Origin: Acidimicrobiia bacterium
GTDB lineage: Bacteria; Actinomycetota; Acidimicrobiia; Spongiisociales; UBA11373
Direction of reading: 5' to 3'
Assembly: GCA_040878325.1 (NCBI GenBank)
Contig: JBBDMM010000016.1
Location: 62,001-126,000 of the forward strand
DNA: 64,000 bases
In this document: in pieces, positions 34,604 to 44,891 of the stretch
How the letters are laid out: the number at the start of each line of letters is the position of its first letter
Numbering within the stretch: position 1 is the stretch's first letter
Notes under the pieces: model-generated
Told to the model about the DNA's origin: nothing
Seen by the model: the letters and a program-made list of their open reading frames with translations, nothing else
Database searches by the model: none
Program-made: the position numbers and the translations under genes

Positions 34604-36472
34604 GTGTCCGAAAAGTCCACCATCGACCCCACCGACAACCAGGTAGAGACCGTCCATACGGCGGCGATCAGGTTCGCCGGCGACTCGGGTGACGGAATGC
34701 AGGTGGTGGGGGCACGGTTCACGGACGCCTCCGCCATCTTCGGCAACGATCTCAGCACCTTCCCCAACTTCCCCGCCGAGATTCGCGCCCCTGCCGGCAC
34801 CCTGCCGGGCGTCTCCTCCTTCCAGGTGCACATCGCCGACCGCGACATCCTCACCCCGGGTGACCAACCCGATGTGCTGGTGGTCATGAACCCCGCGGCG
34901 CTCAAGGCGAACCTGTCCGACCTGGCTCCGGCCGGCACGATCGTCGCCAACTCGGACGCCTTCATCGATCGCAATCTCGAAAAGGCCGGGTACGACACCA
35001 ACCCCCTCGAGGACGGCTCACTCGACGCCTACCGGTTGCTCTCCGTGCCGATGGAGGAACTGACCAAGACCGCGGTGGAGAAGTCGGGCCTCAAGGGTCG
35101 CGGCGTCCTGCGGTCGAAGAACTTCTTCGCACTCGGGTTGATGGCATGGATGTTCAACCGCCCGCTCGATCCGACCCTCGAGTGGATCGACAAGAAGTTC
35201 GGCCGCGACGAAGAGGTCAGAGCCGCCAACGAGATGGCCTTCCGGGCGGGATATCACCTCGGCGAAACCACCGAGATGTTTCGCCACACCTACGCGGTAC
35301 AGCCCGCCAAGCTTCCGGCGGGCACATATACGAACGTGACCGGCAACCAGGCGTTGGCCTGGGGCATCATCGCCGCCGGTCAGGCAGCCCGCCTCCCTGT
35401 GATGTACGCCTCGTACCCGATCACCCCGGCATCCGACATCCTCCACGAACTCGCCAGGCATCGGAACTTCGGCGTCCGCACCCTCCAGGCAGAGGACGAG
35501 ATCGCCGCGGTCGGAGCGGCGCTCGGGGCGTCATTCGGTGGCCACCTCGGGGTCACCGGGACCAGCGGCCCCGGCGTCGCCTTGAAGAGCGAGACGATCA
35601 GCCTCGGGGTGATGATGGAGCTGCCGTTGCTCGTCATCGACGTTCAGCGCGGGGGGCCTTCGACCGGTCTCCCCACCAAGACCGAACAGGCCGACCTCCT
35701 GATGGCGATGCATGGTCGGCACGGTGAGGCGCCCCTGCCCATCGTGGCGATCGCATCCCCGTCGGACGCCTTCGAGACGACCATCGAAGCCGTCCGGCTC
35801 GCCCTGAAGTACATGACCCCCGTCATGCTGATGTCCGACGGTTACATCGGGACCAGCGCGGAGCCGTGGCGGCTGCCCGACCTGGAGCAGCTCCCCGACA
35901 TTTCGGTCAGGTTCGCCACTGAGACCAATGCCAACGGTGAGTTCCTGCCCTACCTGCGCGACGAGAAGACACTGGCACGGCCGTGGGCGGTGCCAGGCAC
36001 CGCCGGCCTCGAGCACCGCATCGGGGGACTGGAGAAGGAAGACGGCACCGGCAACGTCTCCTACAACCCGGCCAACCACGAAAAGATGACGATGCTGCGC
36101 GAGCAGAAGATCGCCCGCATCGCCGATGACATCCCTGAGATCGTGGTCGACAGCGACGAGGGAGCCGACGTGCTGGTCATCGGGTGGGGCTCGTGTTACG
36201 GGGCGATCCTCGCCGGAGTGCGGCGGGTGCGGGGCCGGGGAATGAAGGTCGCCCGCGTGCATCTTCGCTACCTGAACCCGTTCCCCAAGAACCTCGGAGA
36301 GATCGTGAGTGGGTACCGCAAGGTCCTCGTACCCGAACTGAACCGCGGACATCTGTGGCGGATGCTGCGAGCGGACTTCCTGGTCGACGCCATCCGATAC
36401 AGCAAGGTGCAGGGACAGCCGTTCAAGGCCTCCGAGATAGAAGCGAAGCTGATGGAGACGATCGAGTCATGA
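34604..36472 (+). CDS. korA: 2-oxoacid:ferredoxin oxidoreductase alpha subunit
   Basis: FAGDSGDGMQ, YPITPAS, QAEDEIA, TSGPG, QRGGPSTGLPTK. Confidence 0.95.
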   Translation: MSEKSTIDPTDNQVETVHTAAIRFAGDSGDGMQVVGARFTDASAIFGNDLSTFPNFPAEIRAPAGTLPGVSSFQVHIADRDILTPGDQPDVLVVMNPAALKANLSDLAPAGTIVANSDAFIDRNLEKAGYDTNPLEDGSLDAYRLLSVPMEELTKTAVEKSGLKGRGVLRSKNFFALGLMAWMFNRPLDPTLEWIDKKFGRDEEVRAANEMAFRAGYHLGETTEMFRHTYAVQPAKLPAGTYTNVTGNQALAWGIIAAGQAARLPVMYASYPITPASDILHELARHRNFGVRTLQAEDEIAAVGAALGASFGGHLGVTGTSGPGVALKSETISLGVMMELPLLVIDVQRGGPSTGLPTKTEQADLLMAMHGRHGEAPLPIVAIASPSDAFETTIEAVRLALKYMTPVMLMSDGYIGTSAEPWRLPDLEQLPDISVRFATETNANGEFLPYLRDEKTLARPWAVPGTAGLEHRIGGLEKEDGTGNVSYNPANHEKMTMLREQKIARIADDIPEIVVDSDEGADVLVIGWGSCYGAILAGVRRVRGRGMKVARVHLRYLNPFPKNLGEIVSGYRKVLVPELNRGHLWRMLRADFLVDAIRYSKVQGQPFKASEIEAKLMETIES

Positions 36473-37491
36473 CAGACACCACCGCCACCGAACACAGCCG
36501 TCAGGACTGGCAGAGCGACCAGGAGGTCCGCTGGTGCCCGGGGTGCGGCGACTACACGATCCTCGCCGCGGTACAGAATTTCATGGCCGACCTCGACGTG
36601 AAGCGTGAGGAGGTCGTCTTCGTTTCCGGCATCGGCTGCGCCTCCCGGTTCCCCTATTACATGAACACCTATGGAATGCACAGCATCCACGGACGGGCTC
36701 CCGCGATCGCCAGCGGCCTCGCGGTCGCCCGCCCGGACCTGTCCGTGTGGGTCGTCACGGGCGACGGCGACGCCCTATCGATCGGCGGCAATCACCTGAT
36801 CCATACCCTCCGCCGCAACATCAACATCAAGATCCTGCTGTTCAACAACCAGATCTACGGTCTCACCAAGGGCCAGTACTCCCCGACCAGCGAGCAGGGG
36901 AAGAAGACCACTTCCAGTCCGTGGGGATCCATCGACTTCCCCTTCAACCCGGTGAGCCTGGCGCTCGGTGCCGAAGCAACATTCGTCGCCCGCACGGTCG
37001 ACATGGACCGGGCACACACCCAGGACATGCTCCAGCAGGCATACGAGCACAAGGGCTCGGCCTTCGTCGAGATCTACCAGAACTGCAATGTGTTCAACGA
37101 CAAGGCATTCATCAAGCTGACCGGGCGTGACGAGCGGGAGATCAACCGCATCGATCTGGAGCACGGCAAGCCGGTCGTCTTCGGCCCCGATGACCAGTGG
37201 GGCGTAGTGATGGAGGGGGGCACCGCCCGGGTCGTCGACGTCTCGGCAGTCGGCATCGACAAGATCCATGTCCACGATGCAACTGCGGACAGCCCGGCAG
37301 CCGCCTTTGCCCTCAGCCGCCTCAATCACAATCCCGTCGGCCCGACCCCGGTCGGGGTGTTCCGCCGGCGCCCTCGCACGACCTACGAGACCACGTTGCA
37401 GCAGCAGATCCACGACTCCCAGGCGTCCCGCGGTCCCGGCGACCTGGCAAGACTCATTGCCTCCACCGGAACCTGGGACGTGAAGGGGTAG
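36469..37491 (+). CDS. korB: 2-oxoacid:ferredoxin oxidoreductase beta subunit
   Basis: WCPGCGD, SGIGC, HGRA, TGDGD...NN TPP motif. Confidence 0.95.
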   Translation: MTDTTATEHSRQDWQSDQEVRWCPGCGDYTILAAVQNFMADLDVKREEVVFVSGIGCASRFPYYMNTYGMHSIHGRAPAIASGLAVARPDLSVWVVTGDGDALSIGGNHLIHTLRRNINIKILLFNNQIYGLTKGQYSPTSEQGKKTTSSPWGSIDFPFNPVSLALGAEATFVARTVDMDRAHTQDMLQQAYEHKGSAFVEIYQNCNVFNDKAFIKLTGRDEREINRIDLEHGKPVVFGPDDQWGVVMEGGTARVVDVSAVGIDKIHVHDATADSPAAAFALSRLNHNPVGPTPVGVFRRRPRTTYETTLQQQIHDSQASRGPGDLARLIASTGTWDVKG

Positions 37492-37545
37492 GCGGCAGGC
37501 GGCAGGGAGCCGGAGAGGCACCGCCTTTGATGCCAAAATCCTCGC

Positions 37546-38076
37546 GTGAACCTGATCCGCGTCGAGTTCCGCAAGTGGGACGACAGTCTTCACTGGCACT
37601 TCGATGTCGTCCGGCTCGGTGAGGACATCCACGGGCTGTGGCTCGGAGGCCCCGACGACACCCCGGTGAAGCGGGGAGCCGAGCCACCGATCATCTCACC
37701 CGCCTTTGCTCTGCTGATCCCCCCACGCCAATGGTGGATGGCGACATTCAACTCCGGAGGCGCCGCCTCCCCCTTCGGATACATCGCCTACGTCGACATC
37801 TGCACACCGGCCGTTTGGGAGGGTTCGACGGTCACCGCGGTGGACCTCGACCTCGATGTGGCCATGAGACCCGATGGGAGTGTGGAGATCCTCGATGAGG
37901 ACGAATTCATCGAACATCGGTCGGCGATGGCCTATCCGGAGCATGTGGTCGATCAGGCTCGGACGGCCGCCGCCTCGGTTCATCGGGTGATGGAGTCGGG
38001 GGGCGAACCGTTCGCCGCCATCGGCGCCGGATGGCTCGAAAGGGCGCACGCCCTCCCCGCCCCTGCCGCCGGCTAG
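37546..38076 (+). CDS. DUF402 family protein
   Basis: KWD..LHW, YVDICTP, DLDLDV, LDEDEF. Confidence 0.85.
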   Translation: MNLIRVEFRKWDDSLHWHFDVVRLGEDIHGLWLGGPDDTPVKRGAEPPIISPAFALLIPPRQWWMATFNSGGAASPFGYIAYVDICTPAVWEGSTVTAVDLDLDVAMRPDGSVEILDEDEFIEHRSAMAYPEHVVDQARTAAASVHRVMESGGEPFAAIGAGWLERAHALPAPAAG

Positions 38077-38807
38077 TCGCCCAGCGCCGCCTGGGCTTCG
38101 CCGAGCGTGAACCGGCCCTCGGTGATCTCGCGGCCGACGATCACGCCACCGAGTCGCCTTCCCGACTCCTCGAGTGCCGCCAGCGCCTCGAGGTCGTCCA
38201 TGTCCCTCGCCCCTCCGGCGGCCATCACCGGCTCGTCGGCGAGGTAGAGCGCCCGGCGAAGGATCGCGTAGTTCGACGGAGTGACCAGCGCATCGCGGCC
38301 TGCCTCACCGACGAGAAAGGCGGCGACCCCGGCGGACGAGAGGTCGAGCAACGCCTGTTCGAGGAACACGCCGCTGTCGACGAGCCACCCGCGTATAGCG
38401 ATCTCTTCGTTCGGGCGAACATCGAGGCTCACCACGATCCTCCCGGCGTGCTCCCGGCACAGCTCCCACACCATGACCTGGTCCTCGATCGCGGCGGTGC
38501 CGAGAACCACCCGGAAAGCCCCGAAGCCCAATATCCGCTCCACCTCACCTGCAGAGCGGATGCCACCGGCCACCTGGACCGGAACGTCGAGGGCGGAGAT
38601 GATTTCCCGGATGACGGGACGGTTGTCGTAATCCCCGAATGCGGCCGCATCGAGGTCGACCACGTGGATTCCATCAGCCCCCTGCGCCACCCAGCTGCGC
38701 GCCCGAGCCACCGGGTCGGCATCGAGTGATATCGCCTGGCGGACGTCACCCGTGGGCAGCCGCACAGCCCGCCCGTCGAGAAGATTGATCCGGGCGTAGA
38801 GGTCCAT
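38073..38807 (-). CDS. HisA/PriA-like TIM-barrel protein, divergent
   Basis: DGRAVRL, HVVDLDAA, QVAGGIRS, VLGTAA, SLD, RGW, AAGG; Asn at position 8. Confidence 0.8.
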   Translation of the reverse strand: MDLYARINLLDGRAVRLPTGDVRQAISLDADPVARARSWVAQGADGIHVVDLDAAAFGDYDNRPVIREIISALDVPVQVAGGIRSAGEVERILGFGAFRVVLGTAAIEDQVMVWELCREHAGRIVVSLDVRPNEEIAIRGWLVDSGVFLEQALLDLSSAGVAAFLVGEAGRDALVTPSNYAILRRALYLADEPVMAAGGARDMDDLEALAALEESGRRLGGVIVGREITEGRFTLGEAQAALGD

Positions 38808-38837
38808 ATGGGAAGGCTACCCGCTGCCCGCTACCCG

Positions 38838-39665
38838 CTACCCCTGCTGGCTGGTCCTCCACCACACCGCCGCCACCTCACGCTCGGGTGGGCCGAGAAC
38901 CAGCCAGCCGTCGTCGAGTCGGTGGATATCGGGTTCGAGGAGCGCCGCCGCCTCGAGTGACCTCGCCGGAGGCACGAGCAGCCGGCGACGATAGAACTCG
39001 AGCAACTCCTGCGTATCGGCGAAGCGGAAGGCCGGTGAAGTCGTCCACCATTCGACTTCGGGGACCACCCCCACCACCTCCTCGACCACCCGGACGAAGT
39101 CGTCGACCGTGGGGCGAGTCGGCCGGTCGATGTCATGAAGCGCCCGGTAGTAGCACTTGAGGCCCGACCACGGGTGACGCGGGGTCATCTCGACGATCAC
39201 GGCGCGCCGCGCCGCCCGATTCATCGCCTCGAGGAACGGGCCGATAGCGGGCACGTCGTAGACGACGTGCCCGGAGAGGCAAAGGTCGTGCACCCCGGCG
39301 TTCCCGGCGACCTGCGGCCATGGCCCGACTATCCGGGTGACATCGAGGCCTACCCGCCGCGCCGCGTCGCCCAACGCACGCGCCATGCCTTCATCGCGCT
39401 CGACCGCGGTGACCCGGTAGCCGCGCTCCGCCAGCGGGATGGCCAAGCGGCCGGCGCCGGCCCCGACGTCGAGGATGCTCCCTCCCTCGACCACCAGGCC
39501 GGCGGCCATGGCCACCACGGGCGATTCCGAGTCCAGGCCGATCATCCGCTCGTAGAGGTGCGCCGACCACGAGAACGGGGAGTCGTCGACGCCGTCCAGA
39601 AGCCGCTCGGGGAGCGCCCACGAGTCGAGTGCCCGGCGCCAGGCCTCCCGCGCTTCAATACGCAT
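38838..39665 (-). CDS. Class I SAM-dependent methyltransferase
   Basis: ILDVGAGAG motif I, VTAVE. Confidence 0.88.
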   Translation of the reverse strand: MRIEAREAWRRALDSWALPERLLDGVDDSPFSWSAHLYERMIGLDSESPVVAMAAGLVVEGGSILDVGAGAGRLAIPLAERGYRVTAVERDEGMARALGDAARRVGLDVTRIVGPWPQVAGNAGVHDLCLSGHVVYDVPAIGPFLEAMNRAARRAVIVEMTPRHPWSGLKCYYRALHDIDRPTRPTVDDFVRVVEEVVGVVPEVEWWTTSPAFRFADTQELLEFYRRRLLVPPARSLEAAALLEPDIHRLDDGWLVLGPPEREVAAVWWRTSQQG

Positions 39666-39791
39666 CAGCTGATGGTATGTCGACGCGCCGGGGGTCGCCT
39701 CAGCGAGTGACCGCTTCGAACAACCAGATACCGAACCAGATGCCGCCGGCGACCGCGGCCGACTGAGCGACGATCCAACCCCACGTGCCCG

Positions 39792-40463
39792 TCACGACCC
39801 ACCCGCAATCGCGCGACGCTTCGCCGCCCTGTATTCCGAATCGTCCAGCGCGCCACTCCGGTGCAATGTATCGAGTCGTTCAAGAACAGATGCGAGATCT
39901 TCGGCCCCGTCACTGTCAGCGGGCGTCCACGACACCCTCTGGGGGATGCCCGCCACCGGCCGCAGCCGCAGTGGGATCCGTGAGGCCGCCCGCGTCATCC
40001 CCTGCCGACGCACTACACCGACCCATAGCCAGAGCGGGATGCCGCCCATGAGCATGAACAGCACTCCGCACACCAGCCATCCCCACGCGAGGCCGTCACC
40101 AAAGGGTGGACGGATGCCATATTCGAGAAAGTTCCATCCGAGGGAGATGAAGAGGGCGGGCCAGAGAAGGCCCGCGAAGCTCGGGACCCGGTGGCGGATC
40201 GAGAGACCGATATAGACGAATGCGAGGATCATCCCGCCCCAGATGCCGCCCATCAAGAGGCCGGGCACTCCGCGGGGACAGGGGCGGATCGGCACGAACG
40301 GCCCGCCCGACGCACAGGCGCCGCCGATCTCCATGACGCTCCGCATCGAGAGGAAGACGAGAGTCAGCGCAGCCGCCACTCCGGCGAGAACGAGGAGCAC
40401 TCCGAGGCGGGCCGGCAGCGAGGGGCCACTGGCGCGCTCATGAGTCGCGGCGGAATCAGCCAT
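39792..40463 (-). CDS. Membrane protein with C-terminal SHOCT domain
   Basis: About four TM helices and LERLDTLHRSGALDDSEYRAAKRR. Confidence 0.8.
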   Translation of the reverse strand: MADSAATHERASGPSLPARLGVLLVLAGVAAALTLVFLSMRSVMEIGGACASGGPFVPIRPCPRGVPGLLMGGIWGGMILAFVYIGLSIRHRVPSFAGLLWPALFISLGWNFLEYGIRPPFGDGLAWGWLVCGVLFMLMGGIPLWLWVGVVRRQGMTRAASRIPLRLRPVAGIPQRVSWTPADSDGAEDLASVLERLDTLHRSGALDDSEYRAAKRRAIAGGS

Positions 40464-41304
40464 TGGCCGGGAGCCCCACGAGAAGATCCGGGTCGGCGGG
40501 GTCGCCGGGAACCGTGGAAAATGCGCGGACGAATACCTCTTCGGCGAGAAACTCACTCATCCGCCCCTCGGGCAGCGTGCGGATCCAGGAGTCCGCCGCG
40601 AACTGGCTGTCGTGGCAGAGCAGGGCGTCCTGCTTGAGGTGAAGCCATGCCGAGACGTCGCGCCGGGTCGTGATGTGCTCCGGGAGTGTTCCGGAACTGG
40701 GTTCCTCCGGCTCGCCGTCGGCACCCAGGTCGGTCGACATCTCACGCCGGATGCGCCGCATCCGCTCACGCGACCAGGTCGCCCAGTAGAGGCGAGGGGC
40801 CTGCCAGGGCTCCTCGCCCGGAAGAAGGGGATATCGACCGATGTCGGCGGACGCAAAGAACGCCGCGGTGCCGACACGATGTACCTGGATGTGGTCCGGG
40901 TGGCCGTACCCCCCGAAGGGGTCGTAGGCGGTCACGACTTGCGGGCGCCGGGCCCGAATGACCCTGACCAAACGGCCGACGGCCTCGGAGAAATCGGCGC
41001 CCCAAAAAGAGTCGGCGTGGGCATTTTCCTCGGTGCCCATCATCCCCGAGTCCCGGTAGCCGAGGAACTCGATGTCCTCTACCCCGAGCACCCGGCATGC
41101 GGCGCGTTCCTCAGCCTCTCTGATATCGCCCAGCACAGGACGGACCTCATCCGCGTCGTCCCGGTTGTGGATCTCGCCGGCCTCCCCCCGGGTCGCCGTC
41201 ACCACGGTGACCGGCACGCCACGCGATATATATTCGGCCAGGGTGCCGCCCATCGAGATCGACTCGTCGTCGGGGTGGGCGTGAAAGGCGAGCAGACCGG
41301 ACAT
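40456..41304 (-). CDS. PIG-L family deacetylase (Mca/MshB-like)
   Basis: HAHPDDE, TRGEAGE, YRDSGM, GGYGHPDH, HDSQ. Confidence 0.9.
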   Translation of the reverse strand: MSGLLAFHAHPDDESISMGGTLAEYISRGVPVTVVTATRGEAGEIHNRDDADEVRPVLGDIREAEERAACRVLGVEDIEFLGYRDSGMMGTEENAHADSFWGADFSEAVGRLVRVIRARRPQVVTAYDPFGGYGHPDHIQVHRVGTAAFFASADIGRYPLLPGEEPWQAPRLYWATWSRERMRRIRREMSTDLGADGEPEEPSSGTLPEHITTRRDVSAWLHLKQDALLCHDSQFAADSWIRTLPEGRMSEFLAEEVFVRAFSTVPGDPADPDLLVGLPANG

Positions 41305-41384
41305 GGCGAAGGAGGGTACAGCCCGTGGAAGGTCGCGAAGCGCTGACTCGGCGACATTAGATTCCGGGGCGATCGGGGGTCCCA

Positions 41385-42476
41385 TTGCGCGTTGCCACCT
41401 TCGTCGCCACGACGGCGCTGCTCGGCGCCTGTGGGCAGGCGGCGGCAGAGCCGGCATCGACCACGCTCGCCCCGAGCACCACTTCGTCCACGCCGACGAC
41501 GCTCGCGCCACCGACCACCGTCACCACGCCCGCGACCACCACCACCACCACCATTGGGGTCACGGTGCCATCACCTCCGGAGCGGGGGCGGCTGGTGATC
41601 CACGCCGTGGGGGACGTCAACTTCGATCCGGGCCACAACGCCATCTTCGGGCACACCGGATATGAATCGCCGTGGGCCGGACTACGCGGGATCTTCCAGC
41701 GCGACCACCTGACGATCGTCAACCTCGAATGCAGCCCGTCAACGCTCGGGAGCCCGATCGAGAAGGAGTGGCAGTTCCGCTGCCCCCTCGCCGCATTGGC
41801 TCCGATGCGGGCTGCCGGAGTGGACGTGGCGAGCCTCGCCAACAACCACGCCGGTGACATGGGGAGGGCGGCGCTCGTCGACGGTCGGGAGAACCTGTCG
41901 GCCTACGGCATCCACCCGGTGGGGGCGGGGAGCGATCTGGTCGAGGCGAACCTCCCTGCCATCTTCGAGATCGAAGGGTGGCGGGTGGCGGTGGTCGGGT
42001 TCTCAGGCATCTCCGGGGGAGGAGCCTGGTTCGCCGGCCCCGGCCGCCCCGGCGTCGCCCCGGCCACCGCCGACAATGTCACCGCGGCGATCGCCGCCGC
42101 GGCCGCCCAGGCGGATGTGGTGATCGTCACGGTCCACTGGGGGGTCGAGCTCACCGCGCAACCCACTTCGGGCGACCGGATGCGCGCCCAGGCGATGATC
42201 GACGCCGGGGCGGATGCCATCGTCGGCCACCACCCCCACCGGCTCCAGCCCCTCGAAGTCGTCGATGGGGTCCCCGTGTTCTGGAGCATGGGAAACTTCG
42301 TGTGGCCCAGTCTCGGCCCGATCATCGCCACCACCGGAGTGGCCGAGATCGTGATCGAACCCGACGGCTCGGTGGTGGGCCGCCTGATTCCGGCGTACAT
42401 CGTCACCCACGGGCATCCGGAGCTGCGGGGCTCGCCCGACCCCAGCCTCCTCCCCGACCGGTCTGCCGTGGAATGA
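41385..42476 (+). CDS. CapA-family metallophosphoesterase lipoprotein
   Basis: Lipobox LGAC, Thr linker, VGDV, NLE, LANNH, HWG, GHHPH, SMGNF. Confidence 0.9.
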   Translation: MRVATFVATTALLGACGQAAAEPASTTLAPSTTSSTPTTLAPPTTVTTPATTTTTTIGVTVPSPPERGRLVIHAVGDVNFDPGHNAIFGHTGYESPWAGLRGIFQRDHLTIVNLECSPSTLGSPIEKEWQFRCPLAALAPMRAAGVDVASLANNHAGDMGRAALVDGRENLSAYGIHPVGAGSDLVEANLPAIFEIEGWRVAVVGFSGISGGGAWFAGPGRPGVAPATADNVTAAIAAAAAQADVVIVTVHWGVELTAQPTSGDRMRAQAMIDAGADAIVGHHPHRLQPLEVVDGVPVFWSMGNFVWPSLGPIIATTGVAEIVIEPDGSVVGRLIPAYIVTHGHPELRGSPDPSLLPDRSAVE

Positions 42477-42670
42477 CCCATCCAGAGATCCCCAGCAGAG
42501 TCCAATGACCCTGGGTTGAGACTCGCCTAAGTTTTTGACTGTGCCAGGCTGACCGGCGTCGGCATAGATCGCGTCTGTAACCGCACTTTCGGTTTTCGCG
42601 ATCTTGGGTTAGCGTTGCGGACTCTTTTCGACACAAGTCGAAGTCGACACCGGCCGAAGACGGGAACGAC

Positions 42671-43804
42671 ATGCGACCGAACAGATCGACCCGACTGGGA
42701 GTGGTGGGCCTTCTGGCGGCAATGGGAATGACCTTGCTCGCCCCCGTGGCCGGTGCCAACCACGAGACTCCACGCAACGGGCCCAGCCACGACTACGGCG
42801 ACATGGTCGACTACAACCTCACCTTCCCGGTCGCCGGCACCAACCGCTACGGCGACACGTTCTTTGCCCGCCGCGGAACCGGGATCCACCACGCCGCCGA
42901 CATCATGGCCGCCAAGATGGTCCCGGTGCTCGCCGCTCACGACGGCACCGTTGTCCGGGTCAACGGCTCCAGCTACGCCAGCTACAAGGGCCGGTGCTGC
43001 ACACTGGCGATCCGCCACACCGATGGTTGGGAAACCGTCTACATCCACCTCAACAACGACACCCCCGGCACCGACGACGGCCAGGGTTGGGGGATCGCCC
43101 CGGGCATCGAGCTGGGAACCCGGGTCGCCGCCGGCCAGATCGTCGGGTATGTCGGCGACAGCGGCAACGCCGAGGGCACCTCGCCTCACCTCCACTTCGA
43201 GCTCTACGACAACCATGGCACCGCGGTGAACCCCTACCAGGCCCTAAGGGGCGGCGAAGGCAAGGCACCATCCAATTGCGCTCCGCCCGAGTCCGGGTCG
43301 CTCGATGCCCTGTTCGCCCGCAAGGAGTTCCTCCGCCGCGGCGACGAGGGGCAGGCGGTACGCCAGCTGCAGCGGTTCCTCGCCGCCGCCGGCTACAACC
43401 CCGGATCGGCCGATGGCGTCCTGGGCCCGCTCACCGAAAGCAGTCTGAAGGCGTTCCAGAGAAGCCGCGGAATCACCCCTGATGGAGTCGTCGGCCCACA
43501 GACCCGTAGAGCGGTCGAGACGGTGTCGGAGATGCTGGGATCGCTGCCGGCGCTCGACCCAGGCGGCCGGATCATCCGACCCGGGTACCGCGGTCAGGAC
43601 GTCAAGTACCTCCAGGAACTGCTCTCGATCGCAGGCTTAGAGCCGGGCCCCACCGACGGTGTGTTCGGACCGAAGACCCAGGAGGCGCTCGCCGAGTTCC
43701 AGAAGGAATACGGGGGCCTCACCGTCGACGGCAAGCTCGGGCCGAGCACCCGCAGAGCCCTGGCCGACTACCTCGGTGTCCAGGCCCTGTCGGCGTGCGG
43801 CTGA
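42671..43804 (+). CDS. Secreted M23 peptidase with peptidoglycan-binding repeats
   Basis: HHAAD, YIHL, HLHFE zinc motifs; DGVLGPLT/DGVVGPQT/DGVFGPKT/DGKLGPST PG_binding_1-like repeats. Confidence 0.92.
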   Translation: MRPNRSTRLGVVGLLAAMGMTLLAPVAGANHETPRNGPSHDYGDMVDYNLTFPVAGTNRYGDTFFARRGTGIHHAADIMAAKMVPVLAAHDGTVVRVNGSSYASYKGRCCTLAIRHTDGWETVYIHLNNDTPGTDDGQGWGIAPGIELGTRVAAGQIVGYVGDSGNAEGTSPHLHFELYDNHGTAVNPYQALRGGEGKAPSNCAPPESGSLDALFARKEFLRRGDEGQAVRQLQRFLAAAGYNPGSADGVLGPLTESSLKAFQRSRGITPDGVVGPQTRRAVETVSEMLGSLPALDPGGRIIRPGYRGQDVKYLQELLSIAGLEPGPTDGVFGPKTQEALAEFQKEYGGLTVDGKLGPSTRRALADYLGVQALSACG

Positions 43805-43873
43805 GGAGTCCTCGCTTCGCTCGGCCGCGATTGGCGATTGGCGATTCGAAAGACGGATTGAGGGCTAGCGAAG

Positions 43874-44356
43874 GTGTCTGATATCTCTCGCGTTGCGCAT
43901 TGCGCATCGCGCATTGCTCTCGGTCTAACGCTTCTTGTCCTGAGCGCTTGTGGGTCGCCGGCTTCCGCTGAGGACTATTTGAACGATCTGTCGGGAATCA
44001 CCGTGCAGATGACCCGCGCCTCCTTCGAGGCGCTGCCCCCGGGGGCGGCACCCACCCACGAACAGGTCGTTGAGGTGGTCGACGCCCGACGGACGGCGCT
44101 GGCCGCGATCGCGGCACTCGCTCCCCCTGACGAACTCGAACCCGAGCACCTCGTGCTGATCGCCGCGCTAAAGGAATTGGTCGCAGCAGGAGAAGCCTTT
44201 CTCGCAGAAACGGCCGGGTTGACGCCCGAGTCGTTTAGCGAGGCCCTGCTTGCCTCCAATGGGATCGATGCGCTGGCCGAGCGGGTCACCAGTGCCTGTG
44301 ACGCAGTCAGGCGACAGGCAGAAGGCCTCGGGTACATCGTCTCCCTGGCCTGCTGA
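43874..44356 (+). CDS. Hypothetical lipoprotein
   Basis: Lipobox LSAC and a helical domain; the N-terminus overlaps a heptamer array. Confidence 0.65.
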   Translation: MSDISRVAHCASRIALGLTLLVLSACGSPASAEDYLNDLSGITVQMTRASFEALPPGAAPTHEQVVEVVDARRTALAAIAALAPPDELEPEHLVLIAALKELVAAGEAFLAETAGLTPESFSEALLASNGIDALAERVTSACDAVRRQAEGLGYIVSLAC

Positions 44357-44381
44357 CTCCGCGGGCTATCGTCCCGACTCC

Positions 44382-44810
44382 GTGCCCGATACGTTCACCC
44401 ACACCGCCCTGGTCGCCGCGCCCAAAGCCGCGGTCTGGGCCGCCCTGCAACGGGCCGAGACCTGGAAGAACATCGGGCCGATCGAGGAGGTGTGGGACGC
44501 CACCCATGCCGAGGACGGCTCGCTCGAGGGCTATCGATGGTCGGCCCGCGCCGCCGGACGTACCTGGAAGGGCGTGGCGACCACCCTCGAGTCGGTCCGC
44601 GAGCACCGGATGCAACTGGCCCTCGAATCTCCCGAGATCCACGGAGGGATCACCGTCGATATCGGCGCCGGGGAGATCACGGTCTCCATGGACGCCGAGC
44701 CAAGAGGCCCGCTAGCGACGATCTTCTGGGGGACGGTGCGAAGAGCTCTCCAGTCCGGCCTACCCGCCCAGGTAGAGGCGTTCGCGAGCGGATTAGCGAT
44801 TAGCGATTAG
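44382..44810 (+). CDS. SRPBCC/CoxG-like protein
   Basis: APKAAVWAALQRAETW pattern; GTG 44382. Confidence 0.7.
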   Translation: MPDTFTHTALVAAPKAAVWAALQRAETWKNIGPIEEVWDATHAEDGSLEGYRWSARAAGRTWKGVATTLESVREHRMQLALESPEIHGGITVDIGAGEITVSMDAEPRGPLATIFWGTVRRALQSGLPAQVEAFASGLAISD

Positions 44811-44891
44811 ACCGAGCGAAGCGAGGTCCTTCTTGCCAATCGCCAATTGCCAATTGCGGGCCGAGCGAAGCGAGGCCCCTCCGCGAGGCCC

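Noticed and set aside
42480..42670. Possible c-di-AMP riboswitch upstream of the M23 peptidase
   Set aside because: The expected conserved motifs were not recognisable; an Rfam scan would settle it.
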